In this document: one piece after another, positions 56,525-64,000 of the stretch
Layout of the letters: each line of letters starts with the position of its first letter
Numbering within the stretch: the stretch's first letter is position 1
Assembly (NCBI GenBank): GCA_046350755.1
Contig: JAXLZV010000001.1
Coordinates: forward strand, 11,510-75,509
Direction of reading: 5' to 3'
Source: Candidatus Saccharimonadota bacterium
Lineage (GTDB): Bacteria; Patescibacteriota; Saccharimonadia; CAILAD01; GCA-016700035
DNA: 64,000 nucleotides
Position numbers and translations under genes: made by a program
The notes under the pieces: model-generated
Told to the model about the DNA's origin: nothing
Databases searched by the model: none
What the model saw: only the letters and a program-made list of their open reading frames with translations

Positions 56525-57229
56525 ATGCACGAGACGAAAACCCCCATCTACCCAAGCGAACTTATCATCATTCGACATGGACTGAGTGAGCTAAACGTTC
56601 GCAAAGCGATTGCTCTGGCCCGCAAGGAGGAAGACCGCATAATGGTCGAAGAAATCCGCGATGCAGATGTGCGCCTCACTGATGTCGGTCGACGTCAGGC
56701 CTTTCAAACCGGTGAAGCGATGGCCGCTAAGTTTGACCGCATCGATATCGCCTACGTTTCGCCCTTCGTCCGAACTCGCGATACTTTTCTCGAAATCCAA
56801 CGCGGTCTTGGCTATGATATGCCGGTCAATTATGAAGATCGTATCCGTGAGCGTGAATTTGGAATCTTTAGTCAGTTGACTATGCTGGGTATCGAGAAGC
56901 ATTATCCGCAAGAAGCCGCACGTATGCGACTCGAAGGGGATTACTATTACCGACCGCTCGGCGGCGAGAGCTATCCGGATATGGGGGTGCGGCTCCATAG
57001 CTGGCTGCACTCACTCTACCAACACCAGTCCGGTAAACGCATTCTTGTCGTTACTCATGCCGATGTTGTTCAGATGATTCGCAAGATGCTCGAGCGTTTG
57101 ACCGAGGCCCAACTACTGGAGCTGAATCGTACCGACGATGTACATAACTGTGGAGTCACCAGCTATCACTACGATGGTCACGTCGACTACCTCAAGCTAA
57201 CTAACTATAACGAGATATTATTCCAATGA
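56525..57229 (+). CDS. Histidine phosphatase family protein
   Basis: IIRHGLS, SPFVRT, RERE.G, GGESY, VVTH. Confidence 0.9.
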   Translation: MHETKTPIYPSELIIIRHGLSELNVRKAIALARKEEDRIMVEEIRDADVRLTDVGRRQAFQTGEAMAAKFDRIDIAYVSPFVRTRDTFLEIQRGLGYDMPVNYEDRIREREFGIFSQLTMLGIEKHYPQEAARMRLEGDYYYRPLGGESYPDMGVRLHSWLHSLYQHQSGKRILVVTHADVVQMIRKMLERLTEAQLLELNRTDDVHNCGVTSYHYDGHVDYLKLTNYNEILFQ

Positions 57230-57948
57230 TGAAGAAAAAATTAGTATTTGATATTGAGATGGTCGGCGAAGACTTTGATGCTATGGATGAACTGACTCAG
57301 GCCGATCTCATGAAGAGCCTGCCAGACAAAGCGGTCGATCCGAAAAAATATGATTCCGAGTTTCGCGAGCTCAAGCGTAAACTCGTCTTTTCACCGCTAA
57401 CAGGCAAAGTCATTGCCATTGGTGTCTATGATCCAGATACGAAAAAAGGCGCTGTCTATTATGATGCCGGCTCGACGCAGCCCGAGGATCAAGAGATTGA
57501 TGAGATAAAGTATGTAGCTATGACCGAGGCCGAAATGTTGACCAAGTTTTGGGCATTAGCCGAAGTACATGATGAATTTATCAGCTTCTTTGGACGTCGG
57601 AGTGATGTGCCGTACATGATGATTCGTTCGGCGATCCATGGCGTACGACCGACCCGGGATCTGACCTCAAATCGCTACAATAACATGGCCGCTCCCAGCG
57701 CCACCCACTACGATGTATCGGAGCTTCTCACTTTCAACGGGCTAGCGATGTATCGTGGCAGCCTGCACCGCTGGTGCCGAGCCTTTGGAATCGATACACC
57801 GAAGACTGACGAGATGGCTGGGGATAAGGTTGATCAAGCCTACAAAGATGGGAAATATCTAGAGATCGCTCAATACAACGCGCTTGATCTCAAGGCTACT
57901 GCCGACCTCTATCATCATTGGGAGCGCTACTTTAAGCCACAGATGTAA
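57226..57948 (+). CDS. Predicted 3'-5' exonuclease (PolB-exo/RNase H-like)
   Basis: VFDIE, DVPY, HYD, YNALD acidic motifs. Confidence 0.8.
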   Translation: MMKKKLVFDIEMVGEDFDAMDELTQADLMKSLPDKAVDPKKYDSEFRELKRKLVFSPLTGKVIAIGVYDPDTKKGAVYYDAGSTQPEDQEIDEIKYVAMTEAEMLTKFWALAEVHDEFISFFGRRSDVPYMMIRSAIHGVRPTRDLTSNRYNNMAAPSATHYDVSELLTFNGLAMYRGSLHRWCRAFGIDTPKTDEMAGDKVDQAYKDGKYLEIAQYNALDLKATADLYHHWERYFKPQM

Positions 57949-57950
57949 TC

Positions 57951-58142
57951 ATGGAGCGTCCAGGAAGAGATATGCTACTTGGAATCGTCGCGATTGCCGT
58001 GGTCTGCATCGGTATTGCGGTGGCAATCATCATGGTCGAAGCAAGGGCTAACTGGGCGACCATTGTAAATGTGCTACTTGGCATACTTTTTCTCGGGATG
58101 GGCGTGTGCATTGCAGTTGGCTATTGGGTGTATAAGGACTAA
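57951..58142 (+). CDS. Small 2-TM protein
   Basis: 63-aa hydrophobic ORF directly after the exonuclease gene. Confidence 0.55.
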   Translation: MERPGRDMLLGIVAIAVVCIGIAVAIIMVEARANWATIVNVLLGILFLGMGVCIAVGYWVYKD

Positions 58143-59971
58143 GCTTTTGCGCCATGTCGCGCGCGCAGGGCGTTTAAAATCACCACCACATCCAAGCCCT
58201 CCTGTAAGATAGCGCCAATGACGGGTCGGATGCCGCCAATCGCAGCAATCAGCATCAGGATAACACTGACACTAATCCCAAAATATATACTCTGCATGGC
58301 TACTTTTGTTGTGCGTTGTGAGATCTCTACCGCCAGCGGCACGCGTGATAGATCGTCTAACATGATCACCACGTTGGCCGACTCACTTGCAGCCGTTGAG
58401 CCGCGCGCGCCCAGCGCAATCCCAACATCGGCAGCAGCCAGCGTCGGCGCATCGTTAATACCATCGCCGACCATAGCCACAGGACGGGCAGTTGGCTTGA
58501 GTCTCCGTAAGATACTGAGCTTATCTTTTGGCAAGAGCTCTGCATAGATGCGTGATATCCCGATACTGTGGCCGATGCGTTCGGCGACTGACTGTTTATC
58601 GCCAGTTAACATCAAGCGATTGCGGATGCCAAGCTGTTCAAGACGCCTCACCGTAGATTGGGCTTCTGGCCTGATTTCATCGGCAAACGTAATTACTCCC
58701 GCGAGTGTGCCAGCGCGGGCAACCAAAATATCAGTTGCCCGTACGTGCTTTACCTTCACTAAACCGCGAATTTTTTGCTCAGCCAAAAAGGCGTAATTGC
58801 CTACCAACACTGTGCTTGTCCCTACACGCGCCATTACTCCGCGACCAGGGACTTCCTCAACATTCTTGATCTGAACTAGCCCAATCTGACGGTCCTTAGC
58901 AGCCTTAGTAACCACAGCCGCAAAAATATGCGCTGAGCCAGCTTCGACACTGGCCGCATACTTGAGCACATTGGCTTGACTCATGCCAAAACCGCGAATT
59001 TCACTGACTTCCGGCTGACCTTTGGTAAGAGTGCCGGTTTTATCAAACGCAATAGTACGCACCCTCGAAAGCACCTCTAGTGAGCCGCCATCCTTAACGA
59101 TAATCCCATGCCGCGCGGCTCGACTCATACCGGCCACGATCGCCACCGGGGTGGCAATAAGTAACGGGCAGGGAGTAGCAACCACCAGTACCTCCAGCGC
59201 TCGAATCGCCTGTCCAGTAAAATACCAGGCTAAGCCAGCAATGATGAACGTTATTAACGTAAACGGAATGCTAAACTGGTCGGCTAATCGGACAAGCGGC
59301 GAACGCGATGAAGCCGCTTCTCGTACCAGTTTGACGATTTGTTCGTACTGGCTATTCCGACTATCTCGCAATACCTGAATTTCGATCAGCTCATCTAAGT
59401 TAACGGCTCCGGATAGCACCAATCCGCCCTTGGTGATGGAGACCGGTAAGCTTTCACCAGTCAAGGCGGCCTCGTCTAGATGAGAGCTCCCAGCCACCAC
59501 CTTACCGTCTGCCGGCACGACTTCACCCGGTTTAACGATCAGCGTGTCGCCGACGACAATCTGGGCGACGGTAATATCGTCATAACTTTTGCCGTGCTTC
59601 CGATGAGCCAGTTTGGGCGATCGCTTGAGCAGGGCAGTGAGTTCTTTCTTCGCCCTAGCTTGAGCGTAATCTTCCAGCGCTTCACCACTCGTCAACATCA
59701 GTAGCACAACTGCACCAGCTAAATATTCTCCAAGCGCCAGTGAAGCCACGATAGCCGTGATAGCGATAATATCGATACCGATTTTTCCGGACAAGATTTC
59801 GCGTATCATTCGCCAAGCAATCGGCAAAGTGCCGATGAAGGTGCCGCCTGCCAGGATAAACTCTGCAGCCAGACGATAACCTAGCACATAGCTGGCTAGG
59901 CCAACCACTAGTACGCTAGCTATAAAGAAAATTCGACCATATCGACGGATAAATGAGCGGACACGTTTCAC
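58139..59971 (-). CDS. Heavy-metal P1B-type ATPase (P1B-5-like, no hemerythrin domain)
   Basis: TGES, TPCP, DKTGTLT, GDGINDAP, and QEGLD in the last TM. Confidence 0.9.
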   Translation of the reverse strand: MKRVRSFIRRYGRIFFIASVLVVGLASYVLGYRLAAEFILAGGTFIGTLPIAWRMIREILSGKIGIDIIAITAIVASLALGEYLAGAVVLLMLTSGEALEDYAQARAKKELTALLKRSPKLAHRKHGKSYDDITVAQIVVGDTLIVKPGEVVPADGKVVAGSSHLDEAALTGESLPVSITKGGLVLSGAVNLDELIEIQVLRDSRNSQYEQIVKLVREAASSRSPLVRLADQFSIPFTLITFIIAGLAWYFTGQAIRALEVLVVATPCPLLIATPVAIVAGMSRAARHGIIVKDGGSLEVLSRVRTIAFDKTGTLTKGQPEVSEIRGFGMSQANVLKYAASVEAGSAHIFAAVVTKAAKDRQIGLVQIKNVEEVPGRGVMARVGTSTVLVGNYAFLAEQKIRGLVKVKHVRATDILVARAGTLAGVITFADEIRPEAQSTVRRLEQLGIRNRLMLTGDKQSVAERIGHSIGISRIYAELLPKDKLSILRRLKPTARPVAMVGDGINDAPTLAAADVGIALGARGSTAASESANVVIMLDDLSRVPLAVEISQRTTKVAMQSIYFGISVSVILMLIAAIGGIRPVIGAILQEGLDVVVILNALRARHGAKA

Positions 59972-60023
59972 ACCCCTATCGTACCAGAAGCAGAATGATT
60001 TTTCTTATGTTTGTCACGCTGAA

Positions 60024-60073
60024 ACTATTGACAAGTAAATACTTTTAGTGTAGCGTAGTACGGTTTACCCAAA
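60024..60073 (+). promoter_or_regulatory. Conserved cassette promoter, copy 3
   Basis: ACTA-TTGACA-N17-TAGCGT-AGTACGGTTTACCCAAA. Confidence 0.8.
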
Positions 60074-60106
60074 TCCAGAATCTACTTTTCGAAGGAGGTG
60101 ATCTGG

Positions 60107-61510
60107 GTGAACAGTACCCTGAAATACATCCGCAATGTCATGTGCGTCATCGTCGGCGCCGGTAGCTTCGTCGTATGTAGCCCAACTACCTCCCTCGAAG
60201 CCGCTGCCGCCAACATCCCCAGTGCAAACTGTGTAGTGCAGCCCAGTGGTGTGATTTCGCCGTCGATGGCCGAAGGCTTTCGGGCTTTCTGGCCTCTGTA
60301 TGTGCAAATCGCGACTGCGGAAAATATTGACGCAATTTTGATTGCGCCGATTCACTACCGCGAACACTTTGGACGAGATAATCCGAGTAATGGCCAAGGT
60401 ATCTTCCAGCTGTACTCACTCGTTCAATCGGGGAGCGTATCCTTCCCGGATACTGATGGACAGCCCGTTGCTGACGAAGAATTTATTCGTCAGGGACGAC
60501 TGGCTATGCAGCTGCTCAAGGGCAAAGTTGACGCCCCATTGGATTCAGCACCTCCCGACGATACCGTGAAGTCAGCCTACTACGGTTATAACGGTCGTAA
60601 TCGACTGTATGCTTCACAGGCGCGTCCCGGGCAGGGTCCGTGGGATGGTTCGCCGTATGTCATGAATACTCCTGGTCAGCGCGAGCTGATTATGATGACT
60701 CATGACGGTGGCCTAGGTCCACGCCGGCTCGACAAACGACCAGGTGCCTGGCTCATCTACGAGGAGCTGCGCCGTCAATGTTCAGCGCCTCAACCGTCAA
60801 CTGTGACGCCGGCTACCGAGGGACAACCCTCAAGTACCAACACTGCCGGACTTGATTTTCTGCAATTCTTGAATCCAAATCTCTCCCCAGGAGGTAAAGT
60901 CATGAAGGAGTTCACGATCGAGTGGCAGCCCATTCATATGGATGGCGAGTTGACGCTTGTCATCCTGGCAGGGCTGTGTGCTCTCGCAGCAGCCTGGCTG
61001 CTCTACGATGGCAAGTGGAAGCGCCCGGAGGGCATCTTGCTCATCGGTACGTTGGCTAGCTCGGCTCTGGCCTTTGCGCTGCTGGCCGATCAGTTCGGTC
61101 GTCAGTGGAGCTATGACATGCTCTGGCAAAACCTGACAGCAATCGTCAGTGCAATTGGCGCTTGGCTGGCTTATCCACCTCGGGTAACGGCAGTCAAAAC
61201 TGCGCTGGTTGGCATGCTGATCATCAATATGGTACTCTTCAGCGTCCGCCTGAAGACCAACGGCCGTGATGCATTCAGCGACATCGGTCGGATGTTCAAG
61301 CCACTGTTGACCACCAGCCTGAACTTGCTGCGCAAGATCATGGGCTGGCGACTGCTGTGGACGTTCATCGCTGCCATTTTCACCCTGATTGTCGCGGCCT
61401 CGCGACTACAAGGGGATACCTGGATGTATGGTTCGTCGATCAGTAGCCTAGTCGGCATCACCTGTATCTTCTTGATCGTCAAGAAGTCCAAGGCGAGCAT
61501 CGCTGAATAG
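60107..61510 (+). CDS. Exported lysozyme-like (lytic transglycosylase-type) domain fused to a multi-TM C-terminus
   Basis: IAPIHYRE, GQGIFQL, AYYGYNG motifs; about 6 TM helices; GTG start at 60107 after AAGGAGGTGA. Confidence 0.65.
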   Translation: MNSTLKYIRNVMCVIVGAGSFVVCSPTTSLEAAAANIPSANCVVQPSGVISPSMAEGFRAFWPLYVQIATAENIDAILIAPIHYREHFGRDNPSNGQGIFQLYSLVQSGSVSFPDTDGQPVADEEFIRQGRLAMQLLKGKVDAPLDSAPPDDTVKSAYYGYNGRNRLYASQARPGQGPWDGSPYVMNTPGQRELIMMTHDGGLGPRRLDKRPGAWLIYEELRRQCSAPQPSTVTPATEGQPSSTNTAGLDFLQFLNPNLSPGGKVMKEFTIEWQPIHMDGELTLVILAGLCALAAAWLLYDGKWKRPEGILLIGTLASSALAFALLADQFGRQWSYDMLWQNLTAIVSAIGAWLAYPPRVTAVKTALVGMLIINMVLFSVRLKTNGRDAFSDIGRMFKPLLTTSLNLLRKIMGWRLLWTFIAAIFTLIVAASRLQGDTWMYGSSISSLVGITCIFLIVKKSKASIAE

Positions 61511-61523
61511 TTGATCACCTCAC

Positions 61524-61559
61524 ACCCCGGAGTAGAGTACAACCTCTCTCCGGGGTTTT
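61524..61559 (+). terminator. Intrinsic terminator
   Basis: ACCCCGGAG/CTCCGGGGT stem with T run. Confidence 0.75.
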
Positions 61560-61596
61560 CATATATACTAATTAAGTAGATAAGGGAGATCCGAAT

Positions 61597-62061
61597 ATGG
61601 AGGTAGGGAATACGGCAGCTGATTTTAGTCTGCTCGACCAGATGGGTAAAGCACATAGCTTAGCAGAGCTCAAGGGAAAGCACACGTTAGTCTACTTTTA
61701 TCCAAAAGATGACACCCCCGGCTGCACCGCCCAAGCTTGCTCGTTACGTGATAATCTCGAAGAACTACGCGGCCTGGGCGTAGAAGTCTTCGGCGTGTCA
61801 GGTGACTCAGTCGAGAGCCATAAGAAATTTGCCGCTAAGTACGACTTGCCGTTTCCAGTTCTATCCGACCCCGACAAAACAATGATCGAGGCCTATGGAG
61901 CCTGGGGGGAGCGCAATATGTACGGACGAAAATTTATGGGTATCATCCGTTCAGCCGTCTTGATCGGACCAGATCTTAAAATCGAGGCGCATTGGCCAAA
62001 GATTCAACCTCTCAAAACTGTTCCAACTGTTACAGCCTGGATGGAAGAGCATACTCACTAA
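61597..62061 (+). CDS. bcp: Peroxiredoxin BCP
   Basis: YFYPKDDTPGCTAQAC. Confidence 0.93.
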   Translation: MEVGNTAADFSLLDQMGKAHSLAELKGKHTLVYFYPKDDTPGCTAQACSLRDNLEELRGLGVEVFGVSGDSVESHKKFAAKYDLPFPVLSDPDKTMIEAYGAWGERNMYGRKFMGIIRSAVLIGPDLKIEAHWPKIQPLKTVPTVTAWMEEHTH

Positions 62062-62093
62062 GTTGCGCTGGTAACTTTGCTATACTACTCACT

Positions 62094-63548
62094 ATGAAGA
62101 ATTCAGCTGTTCGCGTCCGCTTTGCACCATCACCGACTGGTTTTCTGCATATCGGTGGGGTACGCACGGCCCTCTTTAACTATCTCTATGCCAAAAAGCA
62201 TGGCGGTAAGTTTATCTTGCGGCTCGAAGACACCGACCGTGAGCGCTTCGTTGGAGAAGGCGTCGGACAGATTGTTGAAGTGCTCAAATGGCTAGGCCTC
62301 GAACCCGATGAAGGCTATTGGGAAGATACGCACAGTGGTGAGTTTGGTCCATATATTCAGTCCGAGCGACTGCCAAATTATCAACAGTCGGCCGACCAGC
62401 TCATCGAACAAGGGCTGGCCTATCGCAGCTACATAGCGCCAGACGATTTTACGCAGCAGCGTCAGGCGGCAATTGATGCCAAGCAGCCATTCGTGTATCG
62501 CCGCAGCATGGAGCCATCCGACGCCAGCTCAACTAATGCACCAATTCGCCTCGATATCGATGCTCTGACACAAAAGCTTGGTAGTCAGACCGTGACGTGG
62601 AATGACGAGGTGAGGGGTGAATTTTCAGTGGAATCAGCAATTATTGATGATTTTATCCTCATTAAGGCCGATGGTTTCCCAACATATAACTTTGCAAATG
62701 TCATCGACGATCATTTAATGAAGATTTCGCATATTTTGCGTGGTGACGAATTCATCAGCTCAACACCAAAACACGCCCTCCTCTATGACGCGCTAGGCTT
62801 CACGCGACCACGCTGGGCACATCTACCGGTTATCCTAGGAGCCGATGGTGCGAAGCTTTCAAAGCGACACGGCGATACCGATGCCTTACAGTATCGCGAC
62901 AAAGGCTATCTGCCAGATGCGCTGCTGAATTTTTTAGCGTTACTTGGCTGGAATGATGGCACCGAGCAAGAAATCTTTTCGCGTGATGAGCTGATTGATG
63001 CCTTTAGCTTAGAGCGAATCCAGAAAAGTCCCGCCAAGTTTGATCTCGAGCGGCTAAATTGGATGAATGGCTTATTCATTCGTGAGAAACTCAGCCAGGC
63101 GGAGTATTTAGATCTAGCTAAAGCTGCTATTACGGGCGCCAATCTTCCTTGGAACGCCGCGGCCGAAGCCGGGGCGCTACTCGAGCGTGATCGCATCAAG
63201 ACTCTAACCGAACTACCGCTGGTAGTAGATTTTTTTGTGCAACCACCGTTAGTCAATGAAACTATGATTACGCTTTTAACGAGCAAAAAACCAGCCGAGG
63301 TGATAGCTCAATTACTGGCGGCGGCTCATAGCGCCTTAGAAGCAATTGACTCGGACCACGACGCCATCGAGGCCGCACTTCGAGATCGGGCTCAGGAACT
63401 CAACCTCAAGCCAGGTGATTTTTTCTCAGCGATTCGCATAGCCATCACTGGTCGCACTCAAGCCCCTGGACTCTTCGAGACCATTGAAGCACTAGGTATC
63501 ACCGAAACCCAGCAGCGGATATCAGCTGCATCCTCCAAACTGCGCTAA
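62094..63548 (+). CDS. gltX: Glutamate--tRNA ligase
   Basis: RFAPSPTG.LHIGG, LRLEDTD, KLSKRHG; start re-assigned to 62094. Confidence 0.96.
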   Translation: MKNSAVRVRFAPSPTGFLHIGGVRTALFNYLYAKKHGGKFILRLEDTDRERFVGEGVGQIVEVLKWLGLEPDEGYWEDTHSGEFGPYIQSERLPNYQQSADQLIEQGLAYRSYIAPDDFTQQRQAAIDAKQPFVYRRSMEPSDASSTNAPIRLDIDALTQKLGSQTVTWNDEVRGEFSVESAIIDDFILIKADGFPTYNFANVIDDHLMKISHILRGDEFISSTPKHALLYDALGFTRPRWAHLPVILGADGAKLSKRHGDTDALQYRDKGYLPDALLNFLALLGWNDGTEQEIFSRDELIDAFSLERIQKSPAKFDLERLNWMNGLFIREKLSQAEYLDLAKAAITGANLPWNAAAEAGALLERDRIKTLTELPLVVDFFVQPPLVNETMITLLTSKKPAEVIAQLLAAAHSALEAIDSDHDAIEAALRDRAQELNLKPGDFFSAIRIAITGRTQAPGLFETIEALGITETQQRISAASSKLR

Positions 63549-63642
63549 TTAAAGCAGTGGGATTGATTATTAATCATTACTGTAGGGAATATCTATGTGT
63601 TCTGTAGCTGCAAACGTGCTAAAACTCAAAGAACGCGCGGAA

Positions 63643-64000
63643 TTAGGGCGCATTCAGTACTTCTCGATAATTTAAAATGCTGAACGTACCGCTCAATGGG
63701 AAGGATGGTGGAGGGGTAAATCTCAGTTTTTTATCGTAACTATTGAGGGTTGTTGCATATCCATCAACTGGCGTCTGATTACCTCCCGAGACATATGTCC
63801 ATGTCCAATACTGGTTTGTGGCAATTGCACCGTATACTACTATGTTGCCTTTCACTGTTTGATTACAGTTCGTACCAGCCAAAGTATCTTTTTGATACCA
63901 TACATGTCCATTTTGTGCGAGCATAGCTGCATTTATTTCAAGATTATTTGGCGCTTGGCGGGATACTTTAACATCTTTTTGGGCAATAAGCCCCAGCGCT
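63643..64000 (-). CDS. C-terminal part of a PilX-like pilus-associated protein (runs off the window)
   Basis: INAAMLAQNG...YGAIA...GY.....YD..L...PPP.FP ending, a pattern I associate with Patescibacteria PilX-type proteins. Confidence 0.55.
   Translation of the reverse strand, partial: ALGLIAQKDVKVSRQAPNNLEINAAMLAQNGHVWYQKDTLAGTNCNQTVKGNIVVYGAIATNQYWTWTYVSGGNQTPVDGYATTLNSYDKKLRFTPPPSFPLSGTFSILNYREVLNAP

Noticed and set aside
1-64000. Alternative genetic code (UGA=Gly) as in some Patescibacteria
   Set aside because: Conserved genes are full length under code 11, and several end in TGA (for example crtI, crtE, recR).

Overview
Chromosomal segment of a reduced-genome bacterium, about 50% GC by eye, genetic code 11. 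It is inferred, not proven, to be Patescibacteria and most like Saccharimonadia: L1 has a long N-terminal extension, a conserved hypothetical sits between rplL and dnaX-dnaB, there is a PilX-like gene end, and many genes look leaderless. The housekeeping backbone is secE-nusG-rplK-rplA, rplJ-rplL, dnaX-dnaB, ybaB-recR, cysS, tRNA-Gln, glmS, a DEAD-box helicase, bcp and gltX. Accessory modules are: (1) a C50-carotenoid-type cluster on a palindromic bidirectional promoter; (2) dcd-tmk-thyX; (3) a 2103-aa sensor with 18 NHL repeats and a His-less kinase module; (4) a GtrA/GT2/GT-C glycosylation cluster; (5) lipid-modifying genes; (6) self-contained promoter-gene-terminator cassettes of actinobacterial-looking surface proteins, three sharing one promoter/leader motif; (7) a five-gene array of exported proteins at 45.7-51.5 kb. 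In that array two constant modules look like complementary halves of one CBM6/CBM35-like beta-sandwich, each fused to interchangeable binding or glycan-degrading domains. This split-domain array is the best candidate for an undescribed system. No CRISPR array, integrase, transposase or rRNA was seen. All family calls come from motif recognition by eye, with no database searches.
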